NCBI GenBank assembly: GCA_028282585.1
Contig: JANQHR010000049.1
Coordinates: 1-64,000 of the forward strand
DNA from: Bacteroidales bacterium
Lineage (GTDB): Bacteria; Bacteroidota; Bacteroidia; Bacteroidales; UBA12077
Direction of reading: 5' to 3'
DNA length: 64,000 nucleotides
Part shown: in pieces, positions 28,725 through 37,657 of the stretch
Numbering within the stretch: the first letter of the stretch is position 1
Layout of the letters: each line of letters opens with the position of its first letter
Notes under the pieces: model-generated
What the model was told of the DNA's origin: nothing
The model's database searches: none
What the model saw: the letters and a program-made list of their open reading frames with translations, nothing else
Position numbers and translations under genes: made by a program

Positions 28725-30050
28725 TTAAAACGATAAAGTGAATATTGTCCCTTTTTCTTTATTAGATTGAACATCAATACCTCCATTGTGTAAAACCATT
28801 ACTTGTCGTGCAAAAGATAAACCAATTCCGGAACCGTCCTCATAAGTTGAAAAAAAAGGAACAAATATTTTATCTAAAATTTCAGTATTTATTCCTTTAC
28901 CATTATCACAAACTTTGATATAAACTTTCTTATTTTCTAAAAAAGCTGACTCTATTTCCAGAATTTTATTATTTTTTTTATCAAGTGCCTTTATAGAGTT
29001 TAGTATCAAATTAACAATAACCTGAGTAATCAACTTTTCATCTGCTATAACTGAAATATTTTCAGGATTAATTTTAATTTTTGTATTAATATTATGCTTT
29101 TCGAACTCTTTACTCATCAATTGAACTATATTCTCGAGAAGGTTTTTAATCTGGACACGCTCGTAAACAGGCTTCTGAATTTGAGTAAGGTTTTTATATG
29201 ATTCAACGAAATCCAATAGACCTTTACTCCTTTTTTCAATTGCATTTAATCCTTTTATCAAGCTTTCATCATTATGTTCATTTTTAACATTGGATTCTAA
29301 AACCTTTTTCATGCTGTAAGTTAGTGATTTAATAGGAGTTACAGAATTCATAATTTCATGAGTTAAAACCTTGATTAGTTTTTGCCAACCTTCCAGTTCA
29401 CTTTGTTCAAGTTGAGTTTTAATGTCTTGTAAACTAACTAATTTAATTTGTTTTTCTCCAATTTTTAAATTCGTTGATTTTGCCAAAATATGCAATTGGT
29501 CAATGGTTGTATTTAACTTAATAATTTTGCTTTGACCTGGTAATAAACCTTTTAACTCCTCACCTATTTGTCCAATTTCTGTATTTAAGTTATCAATATG
29601 ATTCAGTTTTCTAACGCCTAAAATAGATTTAGCGGCTGCGTTCATAATCTCTACATTTCCAACTTCATTAAAGCTTATTATTCCGACATCAATATTTTCT
29701 AGAGTATATTGAAAATATTGATAATGGGATTCCTTTGCTAACCATGCTTCCTTTAACTGATTTGTTATTTTATTATATGTTATATTTAACTGATCAAAAG
29801 ACAAGCCCGAAGAATCTTTTACAGCAACATTCTCAACATATTTAATAGCATCTAAAAATTTTAAAAGATCTCGATTCGTTTTATTCAGGTAACTAAGGAG
29901 AAAGAGAAAAAAAACTATAAAAAGTACGCCTATTACAAGCTTTGTAATAATTAACTGACTTGAACTAAAAGACCAAAAAAATCCAAATCCTAACAAAGAA
30001 AGAACAACTAAGTATAAAAATAGCTTAATAATATATTTACCCGAGCCCAT
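28725..30050 (-). CDS. Sensor histidine kinase (PAS, NtrY-like)
   Basis: Start moved to ATG 30050 (MGSGKYII); 2 TM; LTHEIMNSVTPI H-box; DNGKGI, GSGIGLS. Confidence 0.93.
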   Translation of the reverse strand: MGSGKYIIKLFLYLVVLSLLGFGFFWSFSSSQLIITKLVIGVLFIVFFLFLLSYLNKTNRDLLKFLDAIKYVENVAVKDSSGLSFDQLNITYNKITNQLKEAWLAKESHYQYFQYTLENIDVGIISFNEVGNVEIMNAAAKSILGVRKLNHIDNLNTEIGQIGEELKGLLPGQSKIIKLNTTIDQLHILAKSTNLKIGEKQIKLVSLQDIKTQLEQSELEGWQKLIKVLTHEIMNSVTPIKSLTYSMKKVLESNVKNEHNDESLIKGLNAIEKRSKGLLDFVESYKNLTQIQKPVYERVQIKNLLENIVQLMSKEFEKHNINTKIKINPENISVIADEKLITQVIVNLILNSIKALDKKNNKILEIESAFLENKKVYIKVCDNGKGINTEILDKIFVPFFSTYEDGSGIGLSFARQVMVLHNGGIDVQSNKEKGTIFTLSF

Positions 30051-31410
30051 ACTTTTTGATTTTATTGTAAAGTGTTTTCCTGGAAACTCCCAATTCCTTT
30101 GCCGCAATTGTATAGTTTCCTTTGGATTTTTCTATAGCCCTCAAAATAAGTTGTTTTTCATTTTCTGATAAATCAAGAGATTCTTCTTTAGTAAACCTGG
30201 ATTCAAATATTTCGTTAATTCCGAAATCATTCTCTGTTAGTTGATCATTTTCACTCATTATAACAGCTTTTTCAGTTAAATGTTCCAATTCACGAATATT
30301 TCCCGGCCAGTTGTATTCTTCTAATTTTTCAAGTGCTGATTTTTCAATTTTATAAGCTATTTTACTATATTTTTTTTCATATTTAGCTTTAAAAAAGTCA
30401 ATTAATATTTGAATATCACCTTTACGATCTCGTAGTGGAGGTAAGTTTATTTGTATTGTATTTATCCTGTACAATAAATCTTCACGAAAACTTCCACCTA
30501 TTACCATCTCCTGCAAAGACTTATTGGTCGCACAAATCAATCTAACATCAATAGGTATTTTATAATTCGCTCCAAGTCTATTAATTTCTCTATTTTGTAA
30601 AACAGCTAATAGCTTAGATTGTGATGATAGGGAAAGATTGCCAATTTCGTCTAAGAAAAGTGTACCCCCGGAGGCTATTTCAATTCTTCCCGGCTTATCA
30701 ACCTTTGCATCTGTAAATGCACCTTTTATATAACCAAATAATTCACTTTCAAAAAGAGTATCAGGCAATGCAGAAACATCCACATGAACAAAAACTTCAT
30801 TTGCTCTATTAGATTTTCTATGAATTTCACGTGCTATTAATTCTTTTCCGGTTCCATTTTCACCTAAAATTAAAACATTAGCTTCTGTTTTTGCCACTTT
30901 ATTAACGGTCTTAAAAACCCCTTCCATAGCCTTTGACTTACCAATAATGTCTGGAAATTGGCTAAAAATATCGCCTATCAAGTGTTTTTGTTTCTCACGT
31001 AGATTATTTATTTCCTTATTTGAGTTTTTTATTTTAAAGACATTCCGAATAGTAGTAATAAACTTTTCATCATCCCAGGGTTTTTGAATAAAATCCGTGG
31101 CTCCTTCACGCATTGCTTTTACCACTAACTCCATATCTCCATAAGCTGTTATAAATACAATAGCTGCTTCCGGATCATGTTTAAGAATTTCATTCATCCA
31201 ATAAATACCTTCATTACCAGTGCTAATTCCTGCTTTGAAGTTCATATCTAAAATAACAACATCAAATAACTCCTTTATTAAAGTAGTATTTAGATTATTT
31301 GGGTCCTTAAGAGTCACAATCTTCTCAAAATAATTAAATAAAAGCATTTCAACTGCTATAAGTATTTCCTCATTATCATCAACAACCAATACTTTGCCTT
31401 GCTTTTTCAT
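30037..31410 (-). CDS. Sigma54-dependent NtrC-family response regulator
   Basis: Receiver DDN/DMN; GENGTGKE; GAFTDA; WPGNIREL; Fis HTH. Confidence 0.95.
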   Translation of the reverse strand: MKKQGKVLVVDDNEEILIAVEMLLFNYFEKIVTLKDPNNLNTTLIKELFDVVILDMNFKAGISTGNEGIYWMNEILKHDPEAAIVFITAYGDMELVVKAMREGATDFIQKPWDDEKFITTIRNVFKIKNSNKEINNLREKQKHLIGDIFSQFPDIIGKSKAMEGVFKTVNKVAKTEANVLILGENGTGKELIAREIHRKSNRANEVFVHVDVSALPDTLFESELFGYIKGAFTDAKVDKPGRIEIASGGTLFLDEIGNLSLSSQSKLLAVLQNREINRLGANYKIPIDVRLICATNKSLQEMVIGGSFREDLLYRINTIQINLPPLRDRKGDIQILIDFFKAKYEKKYSKIAYKIEKSALEKLEEYNWPGNIRELEHLTEKAVIMSENDQLTENDFGINEIFESRFTKEESLDLSENEKQLILRAIEKSKGNYTIAAKELGVSRKTLYNKIKKYGLG

Positions 31411-31502
31411 CTGTTTATTTTCAATTTTCGTTGTTCAAAAGAAGTTCGCATAATAAAGATAATCATCCATAACACACCAATGCTGATCATTGCTCTGTTC
31501 AT
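31407..31502 (-). CDS. Putative 31-aa single-TM small protein (MNRAMISIGVLWMIIFIMRTSFEQRKLKINR)
   Basis: Hand-translated; ATG 6 nt after the TAGATTTG box (31508-31515); stop overlaps the regulator start (ATGA). Confidence 0.55.
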   Translation of the reverse strand: MNRAMISIGVLWMIIFIMRTSFEQRKLKINR

Positions 31503-31523
31503 ACGATCAAATCTACAAAATAT

Positions 31524-31561
31524 TGTGTAAAATTTACACATAATTTGGTAATTTTTACTCA
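31524..31561. promoter_or_regulatory. Probable enhancer-binding-protein sites
   Basis: Palindrome TGTGTAAA-A-TTTACACA (31524-31540) plus a degenerate second copy, about 75-90 bp upstream of the sigma54 promoter. Confidence 0.6.
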
Positions 31562-31613
31562 CTTCTAATTATATAATAGATTTCATAGCACTGATTATCT
31601 ATCATTTACATCT

Positions 31614-31630
31614 TTGGCATAAGCCTTGGC
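31614..31630 (+). promoter_or_regulatory. Sigma54 (-24/-12) promoter for permease 1
   Basis: TTGGCA-TAAGCC-TTGG with correct 6-nt spacing. Confidence 0.6.
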
Positions 31631-31680
31631 ATAATTTATACACCAAATATTTGAATATTAATTAATACATTTAACATATC

Positions 31681-34089
31681 ATGATTAGAAATTACTTTAT
31701 CGTTGCATTTCGGAACCTGATTCGACAAAAAGGTTATTTTCTAATAAACCTTTTAGGGCTTACTATAGGATTAACAGCGTGTCTTTTAATTACTTTCTAT
31801 GTAATTGACGAGTTAAGTTATGATAAGTTCCATGAAAAAGGAGATAGGATTTACCGAGTTGGTTATCAGTACACTGCTCCAAGTGGCGAAGTATTTAAAG
31901 CAGTAGGTAGCGAATATAGGTTAAAAGAACCATTTGAAAGTTTTTTTACTCAAATTGAGAGTTTTGTAAGAATTGGCAGGCCAAGGTCATATAAAATCAG
32001 GAATGGAGAAATAGAATTTGTTGAACGAGATGTTTCTTTAGTTGAAAAGAACTTTTTTGAAGTATTTACTTATGATTGGTTAATAGGTGATCAAGCTACG
32101 GCACTTCAGGAACCCTTTACTGCTGTTATTACTGAAAGTATATCCAAAAAATACTTTGGTGATTCAATACCTATTGGAAAAAACCTGGAACTGGTTACTT
32201 CAATGGGAAATGTAGATTTAAGAATTACTGGGCTAATAAAAGATATGCCAAGAAATTCCCATTTTAACTTGAATATTATGGCTTCAATGGAATCGGCGCC
32301 ACATGTTTATAATGATATGATGTTAAATAACTGGGGTGAAATAACAAATTACAGTTACATCCTTTTACCTGAAAAAGTATCCATTGAATCATTGAAAAAT
32401 ATGGCTCAAGAATTTATGAAGCAAACATTTGGAGAAAATGAAAGAGGTGGTTCTGAATTATTATTCCAACCTCTATTGGATATCCATTTACATTCTAATA
32501 CAAGGTTTGAAATTAAAACAAATGGTAGCATGAAGAATGTTATTATATTCTCAATTATAGCATTGTTCATTCTTTTAATAGCAACAATAAATTATATGAA
32601 TCTGGCAACTGCAAGGTCTGCAAAAAGATCGTTGGAAGTGGGTATGCGTAAAGTTTTGGGCGCCAAAAAAAGCAACTTGATAACTCAGTTTCTTGGGGAA
32701 GCCATATTAATTAGCTTTATTGCTACCTGGCTCTCAATTGCCCTTTCTGATATGTTAATGCCATATTTTAACCAAATTGCAAAAAAGGAAATTGATATAA
32801 ATTGGATGAATAACTTATGGATTATTCTTTTAACATTTGTGTTTTCTATAATTATTGGAATTCTATCTGGAAGTTATCCTGCGTTCTTTTTAAGTTCTTT
32901 TAAACCTTTAAAAGTATTAAAAGAAAAAACTAAAGTTTCTTCTTCAAATTCCATTTTAAGGAAAGGGCTAATAATATCTCAATTTTCAATCTCTTCCGTA
33001 TTAATAATTTGTACTTTAATAGTTTTCGTACAATGGAAATACATGCAAAACAAACCATTAGGAATTGACCCAACAAATGTTGTTAACCTGGTTACTCCCG
33101 GGGTGGACGAATATAAAGTTTTTAAACAAGAGTTACTTAAGAACCCTAACATATTAAATGTAACAGCTTCAAATAAAAAACCTACAGCCAGGTTAAGCAG
33201 TAACTTATCTTATGAAGCTGAAAATGTTGATAGTGAAAATAAGTCGATAAAAATAGTCACGGTTGATTATGATTTTTTTGAAACTATGAATAATAAAATA
33301 GTACAAGGAAGAAGCTTTTCGAGAGATTTTATAGCTGATGAGAACTCTACCTTCATAATTAATGAAGCTGCCCTAAAAGAATTTGGCTGGGAAAATGCCA
33401 TTGGCAAATCATTTGAAACATTTACATTAGATCCAGAAATTAGCAACTGGAAAAAAAGAAAGGGAATTGTTGTTGGCGTGGCTGAAGATTTTCATTTTGA
33501 ATCTGTACATAATGAAATTGTACCCGTAGTGTATTTTATTGAACCTAATTGGAGAAACTGGATGTCAATTAAAATAAGTTCTTCCAATGTTCCTGAAACC
33601 ATGAAATTCATTAAACACGAATGGGACAAGCTAAAAACAGAAAACACCTATAATCTTTCATTTTATGAAGAAAATTTAGACGCCTTGTATCGAGCCGAGA
33701 AAAGGTTCTTCTTAATCTTTATCATATTTTCCGGATTAGCAATTTTCATTGCTTGTTTAGGTATATTCGGATTAGCTTCGTTTACTACTGAACAAAAAAC
33801 CAAGGAAATAGGCATTAGAAAGGTTTTAGGGGCATCGGTATCCACAATCATTCAATTAATAAACAAGGAGTTCCTAAAACTGGTTGTTTTGTCTAATTTA
33901 GTTGCTTGGCCAATTGCATGGTATTTTATGAAGAATTGGCTAAATAACTTTGTTTACAGAATAGACCTTTCTATCTGGCCATTTATTGTTAGTGGAATTA
34001 TAGCCATAATAATTGCCATAATTTCAGTAAGTTATCAAGCCTTGAAGGCAAGTAATACCAATCCGGTTGTTGCATTAAGATATGAATAA
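31681..34089 (+). CDS. ABC transporter permease, MacB/FtsX-like (Bacteroidota 800-aa type)
   Basis: DELSYDKFH, INYMNLATARS, EIGIRKVLGAS, NPVVALRYE. Confidence 0.93.
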   Translation: MIRNYFIVAFRNLIRQKGYFLINLLGLTIGLTACLLITFYVIDELSYDKFHEKGDRIYRVGYQYTAPSGEVFKAVGSEYRLKEPFESFFTQIESFVRIGRPRSYKIRNGEIEFVERDVSLVEKNFFEVFTYDWLIGDQATALQEPFTAVITESISKKYFGDSIPIGKNLELVTSMGNVDLRITGLIKDMPRNSHFNLNIMASMESAPHVYNDMMLNNWGEITNYSYILLPEKVSIESLKNMAQEFMKQTFGENERGGSELLFQPLLDIHLHSNTRFEIKTNGSMKNVIIFSIIALFILLIATINYMNLATARSAKRSLEVGMRKVLGAKKSNLITQFLGEAILISFIATWLSIALSDMLMPYFNQIAKKEIDINWMNNLWIILLTFVFSIIIGILSGSYPAFFLSSFKPLKVLKEKTKVSSSNSILRKGLIISQFSISSVLIICTLIVFVQWKYMQNKPLGIDPTNVVNLVTPGVDEYKVFKQELLKNPNILNVTASNKKPTARLSSNLSYEAENVDSENKSIKIVTVDYDFFETMNNKIVQGRSFSRDFIADENSTFIINEAALKEFGWENAIGKSFETFTLDPEISNWKKRKGIVVGVAEDFHFESVHNEIVPVVYFIEPNWRNWMSIKISSSNVPETMKFIKHEWDKLKTENTYNLSFYEENLDALYRAEKRFFLIFIIFSGLAIFIACLGIFGLASFTTEQKTKEIGIRKVLGASVSTIIQLINKEFLKLVVLSNLVAWPIAWYFMKNWLNNFVYRIDLSIWPFIVSGIIAIIIAIISVSYQALKASNTNPVVALRYE

Positions 34090-34109
34090 TCTTTATTATT
34101 TCATCCATA

Positions 34110-34146
34110 TTAACTCAACGAGGGTTTCAAAACCTCGTTGAGTTAA
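34110..34146. terminator. Perfect 14-bp stem-loop between convergent genes (bidirectional terminator or REP-like)
   Basis: TTAACTCAACGAGG-gtttcaaaa-CCTCGTTGAGTTAA. Confidence 0.7.
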
Positions 34147-34158
34147 TTCTTTGTGTTG

Positions 34159-34620
34159 CTATATACTGAACTCTCTATCTATTGTTTGTTCCAATGAAAT
34201 AAATGTTTCCGTTTTTGCAACCCCTGGTATATTTTGCATTTTATATACCAAAACATTCATTAAGTGCTGGTTATCTACACAATATATTTTAACAAGAAGC
34301 GACCAATTTCCTGTTGTAAAATGGCATTCTACAATTTCGGGAATTTTTTCAATTTCCTTAATTACATGGTTATAAACATGTGCTTTATCAAGTAAAATAC
34401 CAACAAAAGCACAGATATCAAATCCAACTGCTTTGGGTTTTACTGTAAATTTGGATCCACTTATTATTCCTGAATCCTCTAGTTTACGAATTCGTTGGTG
34501 AATGGCAGCACCTGAAATACCGCAAGCACGTGCAATTTCTAAAAAGGGTGTTCTCGCATTCTTTATCAGAAAAGATAGAATTTTCCGGTCTGTAGCATCA
34601 ATTTGTACCTTCTGGCTCAT
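34159..34620 (-). CDS. Lrp/AsnC family transcriptional regulator
   Basis: IDATDRKIL...ARTPFLEIARACGISGAAIHQRI; ECHFTTG; likely start MSQKV at 34620. Confidence 0.93.
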   Translation of the reverse strand: MSQKVQIDATDRKILSFLIKNARTPFLEIARACGISGAAIHQRIRKLEDSGIISGSKFTVKPKAVGFDICAFVGILLDKAHVYNHVIKEIEKIPEIVECHFTTGNWSLLVKIYCVDNQHLMNVLVYKMQNIPGVAKTETFISLEQTIDREFSI

Positions 34621-34688
34621 ATTAAATAACAATTTGTAATTATTCTACAATATTATATAATATTTTATAACTAAAGCATATATAACAA

Positions 34689-36050
34689 TTAATTGGTTAC
34701 ATTTATTTTCAATGTAAAAATTGTTTCATGTTCTGTTGATTTTGTTAAAACTAAGGTACCACCCTGAACATTAGCCAATTGTCTTGATAAACTAAGTCCA
34801 ATCCCGGTACCTTGTTTATAGGTGGTATAAAAAGGAACAAAAATCTTATCCTGAATACTACGAGGAATACCTTTCCCATTATCAATAATATTTATATAAA
34901 CATTAGTATTATCCTTCCATGATGATATATTTATTAGTGGCTTTGAGGTATCCTTCAGAGCTTCAAAAGAGTTTTTAATTAAGTTAATCAGTATTTGCTC
35001 AGTCATTCCTCTATCTACATATGCTTCCATACTGTATAATGTTTTATTCGCTAACTCTATTCCTTTCTTTTTTGCTTCTTCTTTTAATAATAAGATAATA
35101 TTATTAATTAATTGATTAATGTTTACATTTTTAAATTCGGGATGAGGAATTAAAGTAAGATTTCTAAAATGCTTAACAAAATGAAGCATTCCATCACTTC
35201 TTTCTTTTATAATTTTAATCCCTTTTACTGCATCACCTAAAATTTCCGGTTTAATTAATTCAACGCTAACAGGCTCTTTACTTTTATCTGACAGCAATTC
35301 TAAAATTGTTGATATCGAAGAATTAATTGGTCCAACAGAATTCATTAATTCATGTGTAAGAACTCGTATTAATTTCTGCCAACCTTCCATCTCTATCTTG
35401 TCTAATTCTCCTCTGATATTTTGAAAGGAAACAATCTTTATTTCTTCATCCGGGAATTTTAAAAATGCAGCTCTTAATGATAAATGTTGCAAATAACTAT
35501 CATGATAAAAACTTAGCATTTTTGATTCTTCAGGTTTAATCTTTTCTAAAGTATTTGCAAATGAAGAATCTATTTTATGAATATCAACAATATTATTTAC
35601 GTTTCCTTTGCCTAAAATTTTTCTTGCTGCAGAGTTTTTCAGGGTGATTTTTCCCTTATTATCAATTGTAATAATTCCAATGTTGATATGTTCAAAAAGC
35701 GTTGTGAGATAAACGTTTTTTTGTAAGCTATCTACCCTTAGTTCCTGAACATGTTTAATTAATTTGTCGAATTTATTATAAATGTTACTAAGTTCAGAGT
35801 TATCGTTTTTCTTAGAAAAATTAATTGTAGTTTCTGTGCTTTCTACAGAATCAAATAAATACTCCAACTCACGATTTAAAGTGTTCTGGCTACGAACAAA
35901 GAGAAAGACCTGAATGAAAAGCAGAAGCGAAAGGTTTATGATAAAAAACCAATCAGGACGAGGTATTGAAACAAATGCAATAATTAAACATGTTATTAAT
36001 ATACCAATGATACGAACCCAGATTTTAATATAATGTTTTTTTAAAATCAT
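34689..36050 (-). CDS. Sensor histidine kinase (PAS, NtrY-like), paralog 2
   Basis: LTHELMNSVGPI, DNGKGI, GTGIGLS. Confidence 0.93.
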   Translation of the reverse strand: MILKKHYIKIWVRIIGILITCLIIAFVSIPRPDWFFIINLSLLLFIQVFLFVRSQNTLNRELEYLFDSVESTETTINFSKKNDNSELSNIYNKFDKLIKHVQELRVDSLQKNVYLTTLFEHINIGIITIDNKGKITLKNSAARKILGKGNVNNIVDIHKIDSSFANTLEKIKPEESKMLSFYHDSYLQHLSLRAAFLKFPDEEIKIVSFQNIRGELDKIEMEGWQKLIRVLTHELMNSVGPINSSISTILELLSDKSKEPVSVELIKPEILGDAVKGIKIIKERSDGMLHFVKHFRNLTLIPHPEFKNVNINQLINNIILLLKEEAKKKGIELANKTLYSMEAYVDRGMTEQILINLIKNSFEALKDTSKPLINISSWKDNTNVYINIIDNGKGIPRSIQDKIFVPFYTTYKQGTGIGLSLSRQLANVQGGTLVLTKSTEHETIFTLKINVTN

Positions 36051-36073
36051 TAAATCAAGAATTATTTGAATAG

Positions 36074-37441
36074 TTAAATACCATACTCTTTCATTTTTCG
36101 ATATAATGTTTGTCTTACTATTCCAAGTTCTTTTGAAACTGCTGATAAATTTCCTTTATTTCTTTTAATCGCACTTTTTATTATAATTTTTTCTACCTCA
36201 CTTAACCTTAAAGGCCTGTCAATTAAATTATCAGTACTACTGGATTTCTGAATTATTAAATCATTTGGTGGGATTATATTCTCTTCGCACATTATTACGG
36301 CGCGTTCCACAGCATGGCTAAGTTCCCTAATATTGCCAGGCCAATGATATTCCATAAGTCTTTCAATTGTGCTCCTGCTAAAAGATAAGTTTTTCTTTCC
36401 ATATTTTTCCGAATACCTATTTAGATAATAATTAGCAATTAAAACAATATCATCGTCCCTTGAACGAAGAGGTGGCAATTCGATCTGAATCGTATTTATC
36501 CGATAAAGTAAATCTTCCCGAAACATTTTATTTGCTACCATTTCATTCAAATTCCGATTAGTTGCGCAAATAAGTCTTATATCTATCTGTATTGGTTTCG
36601 ACCCTCCAACCGGCACTAATTCACGGTTTTGAATAACCGTAAGTAATTTGGCTTGCATGGTTTGCGATAAATTACCGATTTCGTCAAGAAAGAGAGTCCC
36701 CCCGTTTGCTAGTATAATTCTTCCAGATCTGTCTTCTTTTGCATCAGTAAAAGCACCTTTTTTATATCCAAAAAGTTCACTTTCAAAGATCGATTCAGTA
36801 ATTGTACCCATGTCAATTGACATGAAAATACCATTTTTACGTTTAGATTGCTTATGGATTTTACGTGCTACCAGCTCTTTTCCTGTACCATTCTCTCCGA
36901 GTATAAGAACATTAGCATCAGTTGGTGCAACTTTTTCAATTGTTCTAAAAACCTCTTGCATTGAAGATGAATGACCGAGTATATCGTGAGTTTTTTTATT
37001 GAAGTTTTGTTTTAACTGCTCCTGCTGTGATTCAAGTAATGAAACTTTTTGCCTTGTTTTACTCAAATCTAAACAATTTATAATAGTTGCGTACAGTTTC
37101 TCATTATCCCATGGTTTTAAAATGAAATCTGAAGCACCCAATTTTAATGTTTCAACTGCCAGTTCAACATCCCCATATGCTGTAATCATTATAACTACTT
37201 GATTTGAATTTAATTTTTTAATTTCTTTTAACCACAATAAACCTTCTTGTCCTAAATTATCAGCATATTCAAAATTCATATCAAGTAATACAATATCAAT
37301 TTGTTCTTTTTGAAGTAATTGAATAATACGGCTTGGATCATTTATAGATATTACTTTTCTTACTTTATACTTTAAAAAAAGAGTTAAAGAATCAATAACA
37401 CTGGGATTATCATCAACAATTAATATGGTTCCGTCAATCAT
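36074..37441 (-). CDS. Sigma54-dependent NtrC-family response regulator, paralog 2
   Basis: GENGTGKE, GAFTDA, WPGNIREL, HTH; -7 box TACATTTG at 37461-37468. Confidence 0.95.
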   Translation of the reverse strand: MIDGTILIVDDNPSVIDSLTLFLKYKVRKVISINDPSRIIQLLQKEQIDIVLLDMNFEYADNLGQEGLLWLKEIKKLNSNQVVIMITAYGDVELAVETLKLGASDFILKPWDNEKLYATIINCLDLSKTRQKVSLLESQQEQLKQNFNKKTHDILGHSSSMQEVFRTIEKVAPTDANVLILGENGTGKELVARKIHKQSKRKNGIFMSIDMGTITESIFESELFGYKKGAFTDAKEDRSGRIILANGGTLFLDEIGNLSQTMQAKLLTVIQNRELVPVGGSKPIQIDIRLICATNRNLNEMVANKMFREDLLYRINTIQIELPPLRSRDDDIVLIANYYLNRYSEKYGKKNLSFSRSTIERLMEYHWPGNIRELSHAVERAVIMCEENIIPPNDLIIQKSSSTDNLIDRPLRLSEVEKIIIKSAIKRNKGNLSAVSKELGIVRQTLYRKMKEYGI

Positions 37442-37599
37442 ATTTTTCTTATAATATGATCAAATGTAGGTAGAAAAAAATAACCGACAAACAAATTGTA
37501 TGATTTTTAGACACATGCTGGATGATTTTTTTACACATTTTTAGAGGTGAAATTATAGAATTTATGTATATAATTCTGATTTTTTGATCTTTACAACCA

Positions 37600-37615
37600 T
37601 TGGCACATAAGTTGA
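37600..37615 (+). promoter_or_regulatory. Sigma54 promoter for permease 2
   Basis: TTGGCA-CATAAG-TTGA; upstream TGT..ACA-type sites at about 37497-37537. Confidence 0.6.
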
Positions 37616-37657
37616 AAATTATTGTAAAAATTAATACCAATCTAATTACGAGAAATT

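Noticed and set aside
28604-28786. 60-aa minus-strand ORF
   Set aside because: Overlaps the kinase 3' end and runs through the putative sRNA promoter; likely spurious
30037-30107. 71-nt overlap between regulator and kinase as a possible frameshift or fusion
   Set aside because: Using ATG 30050 leaves an ordinary 14-nt coupled overlap
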